A stretch of 64,000 nt of DNA from Spirosomataceae bacterium (GCA_965248855.1 CBDFKQ010000004.1:243342-307341); one strand, 5' to 3'; counted from the stretch's first letter, positions 36,661-47,100 are shown. Numbers and translations are program-made. Notes: generated by a model not told the origin, from the letters alone.

Positions 36661-36734
36661 AATACAAGTTAATAATTAATAATGATTTTATTTATTAATT
36701 TCAAAGAATTAAAAAGCTTCTTACTAAGTTATCA

Positions 36735-39194
36735 TCAAAATGGTATTAATAACTTTAATGATATATTTCTGCCCATATTATAAATACCTAATTTTCCGTT
36801 AGGTGATGCACTGTATTGTTCAAAATATTTCAATCTGCTTAAATGGTCTTGATAAGCTTTATCAAAAATATTATTTGCCAAAATATAAAAATTAAAAAGT
36901 GTGTTGCCTTTTTTATTTTTGAAACCTGATCCTGCACCAATGTTTACAAGAGTATAACCGGTGGTACTTGTTTCGGTATTATTACTTGTGTAAACTCTAT
37001 TTTGATCACCTGTATAACTTAATTGGATCTTAATAAAAGGGTTTGAAAGTATTTTACTTTTATTTGAAAAATCGTAACGTAATTCTGCCAGATAACGAAG
37101 AGGAGGCATAAAAGGAACGTATTTGTTTGTATTATTTCTTATGGAACCTTTAAAACTATAATTATCTCCATAAATAAATGAAAAAGTATTTTCAAAATGA
37201 AGATGTTTTATTAAATGAATATCAAAATTAGTTTCCAGTCCATATAAAATAACTTTCCCTTGTTGAAATTTATAGGTCGGATAGTTTTGGCCTCCACTTA
37301 CCTTCATGGAATCTGATCCGGTTGCACCAACTAATTTTGAATTAAAAATATAATTATCAACTTGGTTAATAAAAATACTTGCTCTTGTACTTACTTTTTT
37401 TGAAATAAAAGAAAATCCTAAATCGCCCTGAAGGCTGAATTCCGGTTTAAAATTATCATTTCCAATTTGAAAAAAACCGGTACCGGGATGTACACCATTT
37501 GCGGAAATTTCAGAAATGTTTGGTGCTCTGTATCCTCTGGCAATATTTGCTTTTAAAGACCAACTACCGTTCAACAAATAAGCCAAGCCTATACTGCCTG
37601 ATACTCCGGTAAAGTTTTTAGAATATTTAGGAAATGGATTGTCGGCACCTAATGTATCAACACCATCTACGGGTTTATCAAAACCTGTAACAGCATTCGT
37701 TTTAGTATAAAGCTGATTGTTTGAAAAAGATCTTAAATCATATCGTAAGCCGCCTGAAATATTCAGCTTTCCTAATTCTTTTTTAATAGTAGCGAAGCCT
37801 CCCAAATCAAATTGTTTATAGGATGGAACTACAAATTCAGTTCCTTTATTTACATCATTGGTTTGGTACATTCCATTTGCACCTACTATAATAGCCCAAT
37901 TATTAAACTCAGGTAAATAATATTTAAAATCGTAATTAAATGTATTTAATTGCAAATACAAACCGGGAATTTGTTGATTAGGATTCTCAGGATGGCTAAA
38001 TTCTCTTCTTACGCTTCTCTGAAACCCCAAATTTAAACTTATCCGATTATCACCAAAAAAAATAGTATTTTTTAAAAATGCCCTGTAATGTTGTATTCTT
38101 TGATGCAAAGGTGTGATGCTGTAAGATTTCAAATCGCTTTCACTTACAATTAATCTTAAGGCATCTGCCTCTGTTATTTGTTTAGTAAATTTTCTGCTAA
38201 GAGAATCCCTGCTTCCATCAGGTATTTCTTGCGAATTGTCATAAAGAGAAAAATTAAGGTCTGAAAATCCCCAATTTTTATGCAAACCTATAAATACGTT
38301 TGCTGCATTTTCGTTAAATGATGTTCCATATACCCTTCCATCTACAGAATTGCGATAATTTGTTGCTAATCTTTTTGAAATCCTTCCTCCCCATTCAAAA
38401 CCTTTTTTGTTACCCATCAAAGCAAGAGAATTACCAACCATACCATTGTTGGTTTGGTATTCGGAAGTAAAATCTCCGGAAATTTTATTTAGTTGACTTG
38501 GTTGAAAAGGAATTAAGTTGACAACACCTGCCAAAGCATCCGAGCCATACATTAAACTTGCCGGGCCTTTTATTATCTCTATTCTGTTTATTAAATATTT
38601 ATCAATTTCAATACCATGTTCATCTCCCCATTGTTGACCTTCTTGTCTTACCCCATCAAATAAGGTTAGTATCCTGTTATATCCTAAGCCTCTGATATAT
38701 GGTTTGGAAATATTTGGCCCTGTGGTAACAGTAGTAACACCGGGTAATTTTGCAATGGCATCGATAATATTTGTTGATAAATTAGTGGTGAGGTATTCAT
38801 TGTTAATCGTTACAACTGGCAAAGGGGATTTTTTTATTTCTGTGGCTTTAGATGTACCGGTAATTATTACCTCCGATAGTTCGGTATTACTTTTATCCAA
38901 TTCAATATCAAAATTGGTTTCGCCTTTTACATTTATTAAAACTGATTTAATTTTATAACCCACATACGAAACATTTATATTATAAGCGGCTGCAGGTAAT
39001 TTTATAAATTTATAATTCCCATTGATATCCGTTTGTACGGTAGCGTGAAGATCAGGAATGTTTATATAAGCAAATGAAATTGCCTCTTTCGTTTCCTTAT
39101 CAATTATTTTACCCGATAAAGAATTTACCTGAGCAAATAATGTATTGTTAAGTATAAAAAAAATAATGATTGTATAAATGATTTTTAGTTTCAT
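36735..39194 (-). CDS. TonB-dependent receptor (CarboxypepD_reg N-domain, plug, barrel)
   Basis: Signal peptide. SGKIIDKETKEAISFAYINI...GNYKF (CarboxypepD_reg), plug (DAIAKLPGV, IEIIKGPASLMYGSDA) and a C-terminal aromatic residue (LLIPF). Confidence 0.85.
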   Translation of the reverse strand: MKLKIIYTIIIFFILNNTLFAQVNSLSGKIIDKETKEAISFAYINIPDLHATVQTDINGNYKFIKLPAAAYNINVSYVGYKIKSVLINVKGETNFDIELDKSNTELSEVIITGTSKATEIKKSPLPVVTINNEYLTTNLSTNIIDAIAKLPGVTTVTTGPNISKPYIRGLGYNRILTLFDGVRQEGQQWGDEHGIEIDKYLINRIEIIKGPASLMYGSDALAGVVNLIPFQPSQLNKISGDFTSEYQTNNGMVGNSLALMGNKKGFEWGGRISKRLATNYRNSVDGRVYGTSFNENAANVFIGLHKNWGFSDLNFSLYDNSQEIPDGSRDSLSRKFTKQITEADALRLIVSESDLKSYSITPLHQRIQHYRAFLKNTIFFGDNRISLNLGFQRSVRREFSHPENPNQQIPGLYLQLNTFNYDFKYYLPEFNNWAIIVGANGMYQTNDVNKGTEFVVPSYKQFDLGGFATIKKELGKLNISGGLRYDLRSFSNNQLYTKTNAVTGFDKPVDGVDTLGADNPFPKYSKNFTGVSGSIGLAYLLNGSWSLKANIARGYRAPNISEISANGVHPGTGFFQIGNDNFKPEFSLQGDLGFSFISKKVSTRASIFINQVDNYIFNSKLVGATGSDSMKVSGGQNYPTYKFQQGKVILYGLETNFDIHLIKHLHFENTFSFIYGDNYSFKGSIRNNTNKYVPFMPPLRYLAELRYDFSNKSKILSNPFIKIQLSYTGDQNRVYTSNNTETSTTGYTLVNIGAGSGFKNKKGNTLFNFYILANNIFDKAYQDHLSRLKYFEQYSASPNGKLGIYNMGRNISLKLLIPF

Positions 39195-39257
39195 ATAAAT
39201 ATCTTTTAAAATGGAAAAAATAGTTTTCATGGACAATAAACTTGTCCTTGAAAAAAA

Positions 39258-39641
39258 TTATAATGCAAAAGATGAAACTAGGGGAGGGCTTTTATTAGAA
39301 AAAAATAAAATCGAGCTAAAAAAGAATTGAATAGGAGTTTCAACAAAACTTATTTTTGAACCAAAACGAATAATATGTAATCTAAAAGGTTGAAAATTAT
39401 GAAGTGATACTATGTGTTTATCACATAATGAACATTTTTCAGTGGTTTTAGATATATGAAATTTATGATGGCAAGTATTATTATTTTCTGAAAAATAAAT
39501 TACTTTTTCACAAGCCGTGGCTGCTTGATAAGGTGAAATTTCAGACTTATGATGGTGATATAAAACAGGAGGGATATGACTTATTATATAAGTCAATAAT
39601 AGCAGTAAAGCGCTTATTTGTACGTTCTGTTTTTTTTTCAA
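39258..39641 (-). CDS. hypothetical membrane-anchored His/Cys-rich protein
   Basis: TTG start and an N-terminal hydrophobic helix, then YHHHKSE, CHHKFH and CSLCDKH. It lies between a COG0523 GTPase and a TBDR. Confidence 0.4.
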   Translation of the reverse strand: MKKKQNVQISALLLLLTYIISHIPPVLYHHHKSEISPYQAATACEKVIYFSENNNTCHHKFHISKTTEKCSLCDKHIVSLHNFQPFRLHIIRFGSKISFVETPIQFFFSSILFFSNKSPPLVSSFAL

Positions 39642-39647
39642 CTACTT

Positions 39648-39704
39648 AATGTAATATTGTTGCAAATGTATAACTTAAAATTTCTATTGCAACATAGTTA
39701 CATT
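39648..39704. promoter_or_regulatory. candidate operator: 18-nt imperfect inverted repeat
   Basis: aatgtaatattgttgcaa (39648-39665) and ttgcaacatagttacatt (39687-39704) are near-perfect reverse complements. They sit just upstream of the His/Cys-rich gene. Confidence 0.3.
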
Positions 39705-39727
39705 TTCTTTAATATTTAAAAAGATGA

Positions 39728-40729
39728 TTAGATATTAATACAAGATATTATTTTTTGTTTAAAGTTAACTAAATCAGGTTTTTCATTGGAGGAATATATT
39801 AATTCTGCACGACTATCATTATTATAATTTACCGGATCAGCGGAATAAAAACCATCAACCATGTTAATTAATAAATAGCCTCTATTTGTTTTGAAAACAC
39901 CTTTAAATCTTTCTGTTTTTATAAAAGTTTTTAAGGTTTCTGATAGTGTTTTATAATTAAAAATATCTACTGAAGAAAATAATAAACCAAAAGCTTTAAA
40001 ATCTTGAGATTCATCAATAAAAGTTTGAGGTTTTTTAGATTCTATTTCATAATTATTTATTGATATATCAATATCGTTTTTTAGATGGGAATGATGCCGG
40101 GATAAAATTTTTAAATTTCTTATTTGATTTGGGATAATATTTAATAAATCAAAATCAATTTTTCCTTTTTGAACATAAATTATTTTATTTTTTGGAGGAA
40201 AAAGATTTTCACTCCATATTTTAAATTCATTTATTTCTTCTACTGTGGCTAAATCCGTTTTATTAGCTACTAAAACGTCAGAAATAATTACCTGATCAAA
40301 AAAGGTTGTAGAATTAGCCAAATTAATTTCAGATAATTTTTGAGGATTTATTAAACAAATTGTTGCTCTTATATCCAAATAATTTATTAAATCCTTATCT
40401 TTTAATATATCAATTATTTGCGCCGGATGGCCAATTCCTGTTGGTTCAATAACAATTCTATCCGGTTTTACTTTTTTTAAAATTTCCACCAATGCAACTT
40501 TTAATGGCAAGTTCATGGTACAGCAAATACATCCGCCGGGTATATCTTTAATAAAAACTTCGTTTGAAATATTTTCGTTCAGGATAACCTGATCAATTGG
40601 TACAGATCCAAATTCATTAACGAGTATAGCCCACTTCTCTGATAAAGGTTTATTTTTAAGCAAATGATTAACGGCTGTGGTTTTACCGACACCTAAAAAA
40701 CCTGTAATGATATTTACTTTTACCTTCAT
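39728..40729 (-). CDS. COG0523-family G3E GTPase (CobW/ZigA/YeiR-like putative zinc metallochaperone)
   Basis: Walker A ITGFLGVGKTT, the CxCC metal motif GGCICCT and the NKxD-like VANKTDL. Confidence 0.85.
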   Translation of the reverse strand: MKVKVNIITGFLGVGKTTAVNHLLKNKPLSEKWAILVNEFGSVPIDQVILNENISNEVFIKDIPGGCICCTMNLPLKVALVEILKKVKPDRIVIEPTGIGHPAQIIDILKDKDLINYLDIRATICLINPQKLSEINLANSTTFFDQVIISDVLVANKTDLATVEEINEFKIWSENLFPPKNKIIYVQKGKIDFDLLNIIPNQIRNLKILSRHHSHLKNDIDISINNYEIESKKPQTFIDESQDFKAFGLLFSSVDIFNYKTLSETLKTFIKTERFKGVFKTNRGYLLINMVDGFYSADPVNYNNDSRAELIYSSNEKPDLVNFKQKIISCINI

Positions 40730-40767
40730 TGCGTTATAAAAAATTTAATCATTTGTACTCGAAAACA

Positions 40768-40801
40768 AAAAAAGCAATGAAATTAATTTCATTGCTTTTT
40801 A
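40768..40801 (-). terminator. terminator after the C25 peptidase gene
   Basis: aaagcaatgaaat / atttcattgcttt hairpin with a T-run on the minus strand. Confidence 0.7.
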
Positions 40802-40820
40802 AAAGTAATCTTTTAAATTA

Positions 40821-43800
40821 TTATCTTAAAATATACAATTTCCCGAAATCTTTTTTAAAACCTCTATCAGCAGATGTATTTCGATGGTTTATTTGTTCTC
40901 CCGTACTATTTCTCATTATAACACGATATAAATAAACACCATTAGCCAATTTATCACCAAACTCATCAGTGCCGGTCCAAGCATATTGAGTAATATTATT
41001 TCCAATTTTTATTGGCCCTATTTCATCCTGCATTATTTCTCTTACAACTTTTCCGGTAACAGTCATGATTTGAATTTTAATCTGATCCGGAATAATATTT
41101 CCTGTAAGTGTAAAAACAAATTTTGTACTCGTTGAAAAAGGATTTGGATAAGGATAAAAATGGGTAACGGTAGATTCATTTATTACTTCAAAATTAATTT
41201 GATAAGGTTCTCCAAAAATTTTATCGCCGGTATAACCTGATAGATTACCCGAAACATCACTTCCCTGTACTTTTAAAGTATAAATTCCATTTGGTAATTT
41301 TTGTGCCGGCCTGTATTCCATTCTAAAATTATTATCAGGCCCTGCAGGAGTCCATTTAACTTCTCCACTTGAAAGTGAAATTTTTTCAAACTGACAGTTT
41401 CCGCCTGCTGTACACGGCCTCCGCAAATAAATAAACATTCCTACCGTGTCTTTTCTTATCTGAACTTTATTATCATCTTTTAAATTTATTGAAACAAGAG
41501 GATTTGGAGAAACTATATCTCCATTCATAATTCTGATACCATCAAAAGTTACTTCCAATAAAGGATTTCGATTATCTTTATTTACATTAAAAGGAATTTC
41601 AATAAAATTATTTGAGTAGTTCTGTTCAGGTAAAATACGTGGGTTTACAAAAACCTGCAAAACAGTGTTCCCTGCTGAACCAAAGGTGGTTTTTATAGGA
41701 ATTGAAAAAGAAGCCGTATCTCCTGCAAGTAATTTTTTTATTTTAAACGTTGTTAAAATTCTCTTTCCTGTCGTTTTATTTAAAATAGTAGCTTGAACAG
41801 TTAAAGAATCAGTAAAATCCATTTTTGAAATATTTTGGAAAACGAAAGGAATAGTAAATTTTTCTCCCTCCATTTTCTCTGCAATTTTATATGAGTTTAC
41901 CGGTACAAGATCAGCATTGTAAATCCCTTCAGGCACTCCTTTATAAATAACCTGCCAAAGTTTTAATTGTGGTGGAACCTGATTAACGGTATCCTGTACA
42001 TTTAATTTTAATCTTAAATATGGATATTGGTTAACATTAATATAATTTATTGAATAACCATTTGTTGGTACATTTTGAAGAATTGTACTTGTTTTTCCTT
42101 GCAAATCAACTCCCAATAAATCCAATGACCAATTACCTGTTGAAGGATTTTTATTAGGCAAAACATTTCGCCATATATTTCCCCAATCGCTTGCAGGGCC
42201 AATTAGCGATGAAGTAATTGTTCCCTGATTACTTCTTCCATTTATTACTGTATCTAAACTAATAATTTGTTGGTTTGGAAGCATTGAAGCATTTGAATAA
42301 TCACCTAAAACTTCAATTGCTGAACCGGGTGAAGAATTTTTTCGCCCTAAAAAAATATATGGATCTCCCGCCTTTAGCTTATTGATATTATTTATATCTG
42401 CTCCGACACTAATTAATTTTGATTTTGTAGTTGAAGGTAAGCTGGGCCAATCGATATAACCGTTGGTAAAAAGTACAAAGTAATCATTATTTTTTAACCC
42501 GTCTATATATCCGGAAATAGCATCTGCACTTACTTGTACACTGGTAAAATAATTAGAAATGAGAGGATATGTGGGTCCACATTGTTGACTATTGCTTGCA
42601 GCATAAGGATTGGCACTATTTTTATCAAATGCTACTGCTATTAAAACATTATTATTACAATATCCATTAAAGACGACCGGTAATTTATTAATGTTTAAAA
42701 AAGTTTTCTGATCGTACTTAGGGTCACTGGCCGTACCATATACTTTAACATTAATTTTTGATTTGGTCGGGGTAAAATCCCATTTTTGTAATGGAACTTC
42801 CAACACCGTCTGTTTTAAGCCGGCCTTAATAAATTGATGATAGGCACTTTGCGACCAACCTTCAGGGCTGTTGTTAATAAATATAAATGAACTTTCGGCC
42901 CAAGTATTATTCAACCCCTCAGGTATATCACCGAATCTAACACGCCAATAATATACAATACTATCTTTTGTAGAAATTAGAGAAATATTATCCCAGGTTG
43001 GGAGTGAGGCCCCGGTAGTAGTATAAATTCTCTTTGCACTGCTGTTAAATAAATAAGATGTATCAATTTCCATTATAAATTGCCGAACATTATTTATTAT
43101 TCCTGTTGTTTGAGCAATAAATTTAATGGGTTGCTTATTTACAACACTGTATTCTTGTGGGAAAAGAGGGATAGCACCTATTGTTGGCATCAAATAATCT
43201 AATATGGCAATATTATTTGTTTTACTTAACTCATCAATTTGGTTTTTGGGATCAATTATTATTTCAAACCTATTATCCCCACCTTCTGTAAAATTTGTAT
43301 TTTTAATTGTATAGTAAAGAGTATCCTCATAAAAAACAGGTGGATAGCTTAAAGTATCGTATTGTTGAAAAGTTCCATTACTATACGTCCGTCGTATGGT
43401 TATTCCAACATTTTTGTAATCTACTTTTCCTAAATTTGCTACTATTATACCTACTCTAAAAGAATCAACAGCTGCTGAAACGGGAAGATTATTAAAAGAT
43501 TTTAAAAAAATCTTATCTGGAGTAATTGCATAATCCGGTTTTGTTGTTTTAGTAAGAGAGATAGAAGGATCGCCTTGTAAAACATACTGCTGCGGATTTG
43601 ATATATATATCACATCAGCAGGAGTGAAAATATTTGAATATTTTTTCGCAGTTTCTTTCAATCTTACACCTATCGGTTTTCCGACAAAAATACTATCGGC
43701 ATAAAAAGTATTATAAAGCTGATCAGCCCAGGTTTTTAATGGATAACTGTAACCAATATAACTGTGTGCATAAAATAGTATGCATCCTTTATCAGGTGTT

Positions 43801-45905
43801 TTTATCCAATTTTCGCCTAAGGTTTGTCCATAAGCTTCAGTACTGAATATATCACCTGCGTCGCAACCATTTACTAAAATCATAGGGTACTTACCCTTAT
43901 TATTGTAACCATATTGTGGATTGGAGCAATATCCAATATCAATGTCAATAATATTAGGTGAAGCATGTCCAAAAAAAGTTATCATAGATAGTCCTCTATT
44001 TACCTGGTCTGCAACATTGATAAGTTCGACAGGATTATCCGTTTTTTTAGAAATAGTGGCCACTTTACCGCCAAAATATTTTCCTTCAACAATTGATTTT
44101 AAATCATTCACCCAAGACCTGAATAAAGAAAGTTCACTTGTAGATCTTCCTCCGCTTAAATGAACCAAATCTTTTTGCCAAAGTTGTGGATCAAGTGCTT
44201 CATGTTCTTTAACTTTATTTAAATAATAAATAATTTCTTCAGGGCTATCGGCAATTAACCTTCCAATAGGAATTGCCGGTATAAAAATATTATTTCCACC
44301 TATCCCACTTACCAAGGCAACGTCAGACCCCGGAAAACCGGCGGGTGGTATAAAATCTCTGGCATATTGTGCACCACTAACTCTTGCATAAAAAGGTAAT
44401 TTACCTCTGCCAATTAATAGCATATAGAGTTGCCTTGTTTTATTTTGTAACATAAAATCCGCAAAATGCCTGATAGCCAATGGCGATTTTTCTCCATATG
44501 AAAACTGATTGTAAAGCATATCGATATTGACAGTAATTGTATCATTATTACCCCCGGCTATAGAAGCTCGATAATCAGAGTATGCTTTAACAGCATCGTA
44601 ACCAAGGCCGGATGTCTGCCTTAATTCTTTATGGGATATGATTAAAAAATTATGATTAAGTGGATTTATTAATCTGAAATTAATGGGTTTTAGACCTATA
44701 ACACTTAAAAAACCATTATATAAATAAAGATTTTTTCCGGTATTTGTTCCATTAATAACACTTGATAATTTACTTGAAGAGTTAAATGTGTTTATTAATT
44801 TTATATTATTTACATCCGAAATATCATATAAAAGCGATCCTGTTATATAATTATTAATTTCTATATATGAAGTTCCGGAAGGATCAGGTGGCAAATTGAT
44901 AAATTTAGAAGACGAATTAGATGCATCAATAGTTTGTGGGTAAGTCAATAAAATATTTGCGACAGAAATCATATCATTGTTTCCTGCTATCTTAAATTTC
45001 ACCACCAGTTGACCATTTACAATATCGCTCCACGAAATAGGTAAAGTAACCACTTTTGTTTCACTATAATTATAGTTTATGATAGATAAGGAACGAAGTG
45101 AAGATTGTGAACCCCCAACCAAAATTTCTGTGGCATGAGGTAAATTATTTCTCCCAACCAACGTAATGTTTAATGTAGGAGGCTCAACGGCAGCATTATA
45201 TGTATTTGTAATATTATTAATAGTGTAACTAATGGTATCATACAAAAATCTTTTATCGGGGGGATAATAAAAAGTTGGTACTACAATTCTATAACCAACG
45301 AAACCTTCACCTGAATCGTATTGACTTAAATATGATTTATAATCCGAGTCGCCTACCGGGTAATTTTGCCCTTCAGCATACTCTTGCGTAAAAAATGAAA
45401 CTTTTTGTTCAAAGTGATATGGAACAGGTAACAAACCGGTTGTATTTGGCTGACCTGTTGCAATCATTCTCTTTCCTTTTAAATTATCTATTCTATAAGT
45501 TAAAAAGTAGGCTGAAGTATCAGAATATAAATTAAAATATTTATTTACCTGAAATTTTGGGTCTATATATAGCTTAGAATCCAGAGTACCATCGTTACCT
45601 TCTCCATAAAATTCCAAAAAATCACTTGCATCTAAAACGCCATCAGTTTCTCCAAATACATTAATTGCCTGTTCTATACCTCTTTTATAAATTTGAATTT
45701 TTCTTGGATCAATTGTAGTGGGGAAACCGGCTGCCTGCAGTTCGGGCTGAGTGATGCGGTATATACCTTTTTGAACAACAGGAATCTTAAAATATTGTTG
45801 GCCATAGTTAATCCACTCATTGCCATATTGTTGGGCAAAAATTTGTATTGAAAATAGAAAAACTATTATCAGAAAAAAATATTTCTTATACTTTAGTATT
45901 CCCAT
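40821..45905 (-). CDS. C25 (gingipain-family) cysteine peptidase with a T9SS C-terminal sorting domain; PorU-like sortase paralog (PorU2-like)
   Basis: 1694 aa with a signal peptide. His/Cys dyad context ITFFGHASP and LVNGCDAGD. C-terminal YPYPNPFSTSTKFVFTL...IQIMTVTGKVV...GVYLYRVIM is a T9SS CTD. Confidence 0.7.
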   Translation of the reverse strand: MGILKYKKYFFLIIVFLFSIQIFAQQYGNEWINYGQQYFKIPVVQKGIYRITQPELQAAGFPTTIDPRKIQIYKRGIEQAINVFGETDGVLDASDFLEFYGEGNDGTLDSKLYIDPKFQVNKYFNLYSDTSAYFLTYRIDNLKGKRMIATGQPNTTGLLPVPYHFEQKVSFFTQEYAEGQNYPVGDSDYKSYLSQYDSGEGFVGYRIVVPTFYYPPDKRFLYDTISYTINNITNTYNAAVEPPTLNITLVGRNNLPHATEILVGGSQSSLRSLSIINYNYSETKVVTLPISWSDIVNGQLVVKFKIAGNNDMISVANILLTYPQTIDASNSSSKFINLPPDPSGTSYIEINNYITGSLLYDISDVNNIKLINTFNSSSKLSSVINGTNTGKNLYLYNGFLSVIGLKPINFRLINPLNHNFLIISHKELRQTSGLGYDAVKAYSDYRASIAGGNNDTITVNIDMLYNQFSYGEKSPLAIRHFADFMLQNKTRQLYMLLIGRGKLPFYARVSGAQYARDFIPPAGFPGSDVALVSGIGGNNIFIPAIPIGRLIADSPEEIIYYLNKVKEHEALDPQLWQKDLVHLSGGRSTSELSLFRSWVNDLKSIVEGKYFGGKVATISKKTDNPVELINVADQVNRGLSMITFFGHASPNIIDIDIGYCSNPQYGYNNKGKYPMILVNGCDAGDIFSTEAYGQTLGENWIKTPDKGCILFYAHSYIGYSYPLKTWADQLYNTFYADSIFVGKPIGVRLKETAKKYSNIFTPADVIYISNPQQYVLQGDPSISLTKTTKPDYAITPDKIFLKSFNNLPVSAAVDSFRVGIIVANLGKVDYKNVGITIRRTYSNGTFQQYDTLSYPPVFYEDTLYYTIKNTNFTEGGDNRFEIIIDPKNQIDELSKTNNIAILDYLMPTIGAIPLFPQEYSVVNKQPIKFIAQTTGIINNVRQFIMEIDTSYLFNSSAKRIYTTTGASLPTWDNISLISTKDSIVYYWRVRFGDIPEGLNNTWAESSFIFINNSPEGWSQSAYHQFIKAGLKQTVLEVPLQKWDFTPTKSKINVKVYGTASDPKYDQKTFLNINKLPVVFNGYCNNNVLIAVAFDKNSANPYAASNSQQCGPTYPLISNYFTSVQVSADAISGYIDGLKNNDYFVLFTNGYIDWPSLPSTTKSKLISVGADINNINKLKAGDPYIFLGRKNSSPGSAIEVLGDYSNASMLPNQQIISLDTVINGRSNQGTITSSLIGPASDWGNIWRNVLPNKNPSTGNWSLDLLGVDLQGKTSTILQNVPTNGYSINYINVNQYPYLRLKLNVQDTVNQVPPQLKLWQVIYKGVPEGIYNADLVPVNSYKIAEKMEGEKFTIPFVFQNISKMDFTDSLTVQATILNKTTGKRILTTFKIKKLLAGDTASFSIPIKTTFGSAGNTVLQVFVNPRILPEQNYSNNFIEIPFNVNKDNRNPLLEVTFDGIRIMNGDIVSPNPLVSINLKDDNKVQIRKDTVGMFIYLRRPCTAGGNCQFEKISLSSGEVKWTPAGPDNNFRMEYRPAQKLPNGIYTLKVQGSDVSGNLSGYTGDKIFGEPYQINFEVINESTVTHFYPYPNPFSTSTKFVFTLTGNIIPDQIKIQIMTVTGKVVREIMQDEIGPIKIGNNITQYAWTGTDEFGDKLANGVYLYRVIMRNSTGEQINHRNTSADRGFKKDFGKLYILR

Positions 45906-45933
45906 ACAGGATTATTAAATTTCAATAAAACTC

Positions 45934-47010
45934 TTAAAAGCCTGCTTTTATAGAAAAAACATTGGAATATAAGGCTTCAGCTTTATCTCCAATATCTGTT
46001 AATGCGTAATCAATTGTAAATTTACTTACTTTAAAACCTATACCAAAGTTAGGTTGAAAGGTTGTTTTATACGTTTTATCAAAGTTTTTTATCTTTTGAA
46101 TATTTCCTACACCAAACCTTAAAAAAGCAATTTTATTATAAGCAACTTCAAAACCACCTTTTGGATCGATCGATATTAAATTACTTTTTATTACATCGCT
46201 AAATGTGTTGTTTCTTCTTCCATCAAAGGTTACATTTAAATCTATTCCTGCTATTAATCCAAACTTACTTCCAAAAGTGAATGATCTTCCTACACCCAAT
46301 ATAGCTTGAGGAAGTGTAACTTCAATAGAATTATCAGGAACCACGTTTGATGTTAGTTTATATGTTTTTACAAACAGTGATGAATTGTAAGACCAGGCAT
46401 TAAACGTGCCCGTGATATCTTTTACAACAGCTCCGAGTTGCCAGTTTTTTCTTTGATATTGCAAACCTACATCAAAACCAAAACCCCATGCTGCACCGAA
46501 ATTACCTGCTACCCTGTGAATAATCTTTAAATTCGCTCCAAAATTTAAACCTTTTATCCTTTGAGATTTACGTGCGTATGAAAATAAAAATGCATAATCA
46601 GCCGACGAGAAGAAAGTTATATTATCATAATTAACAGAACCATCAGCATTGAACAAATTTAAAGTATTAGGTATATCATCAACACCAAACCTAATAATAC
46701 TTACACCAAGCTTGCTTACGGAATCAATTGCTGTTGTAAAAGAAAGATAATCGTACTTGGCTATCCCGGCAAAATATTCAGCATGCATTAAAGAAACCTG
46801 ATATTTATCTTTTACTCTTATTAAACCCGCAGGATTCCAATAACCGGATGTAACATCATTAACAATGGCTACTTGAGTGCCCGACATGCCTAAAGCCCGG
46901 GCTCCAACACCAATTGCAAGAAATTCATTACTGTATTTTGGTGCCCTCAACTGACCGAAAATATTTAAAGTCAGGCCGGAAAACAAAATAATGAAAATGA
47001 TTTTTTGCAT
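45934..47010 (-). CDS. PorV/PorQ-family outer-membrane beta-barrel protein (PorV2-like)
   Basis: Signal peptide, then YSNEFLAIGVGARALGMSGTQVA...GYWNPAGL. Alternating beta-strand pattern and C-terminal F. It lies directly upstream of the C25 peptidase gene. Confidence 0.6.
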   Translation of the reverse strand: MQKIIFIILFSGLTLNIFGQLRAPKYSNEFLAIGVGARALGMSGTQVAIVNDVTSGYWNPAGLIRVKDKYQVSLMHAEYFAGIAKYDYLSFTTAIDSVSKLGVSIIRFGVDDIPNTLNLFNADGSVNYDNITFFSSADYAFLFSYARKSQRIKGLNFGANLKIIHRVAGNFGAAWGFGFDVGLQYQRKNWQLGAVVKDITGTFNAWSYNSSLFVKTYKLTSNVVPDNSIEVTLPQAILGVGRSFTFGSKFGLIAGIDLNVTFDGRRNNTFSDVIKSNLISIDPKGGFEVAYNKIAFLRFGVGNIQKIKNFDKTYKTTFQPNFGIGFKVSKFTIDYALTDIGDKAEALYSNVFSIKAGF

Positions 47011-47100
47011 GTAAAATTAAATACATTGATTAATTGAAGAATACAAAATTAATTTTTTTTTTGAGTGTAAAAATTTTCTTATTAAAACAAATAATACATC

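Noticed and set aside
40729-40935. A 68-aa plus-strand ORF across the COG0523 / C25-peptidase intergenic region. Similar short intergenic or edge ORFs occur at 23414-23710, 25451-25663, 32826-33035, 33356-33538, 50531-50725, 50759-50953 and 5969-6160.
   Set aside because: They span terminator hairpins or overlap well-supported genes, lack motifs, and have compositions typical of random AT-rich frames.
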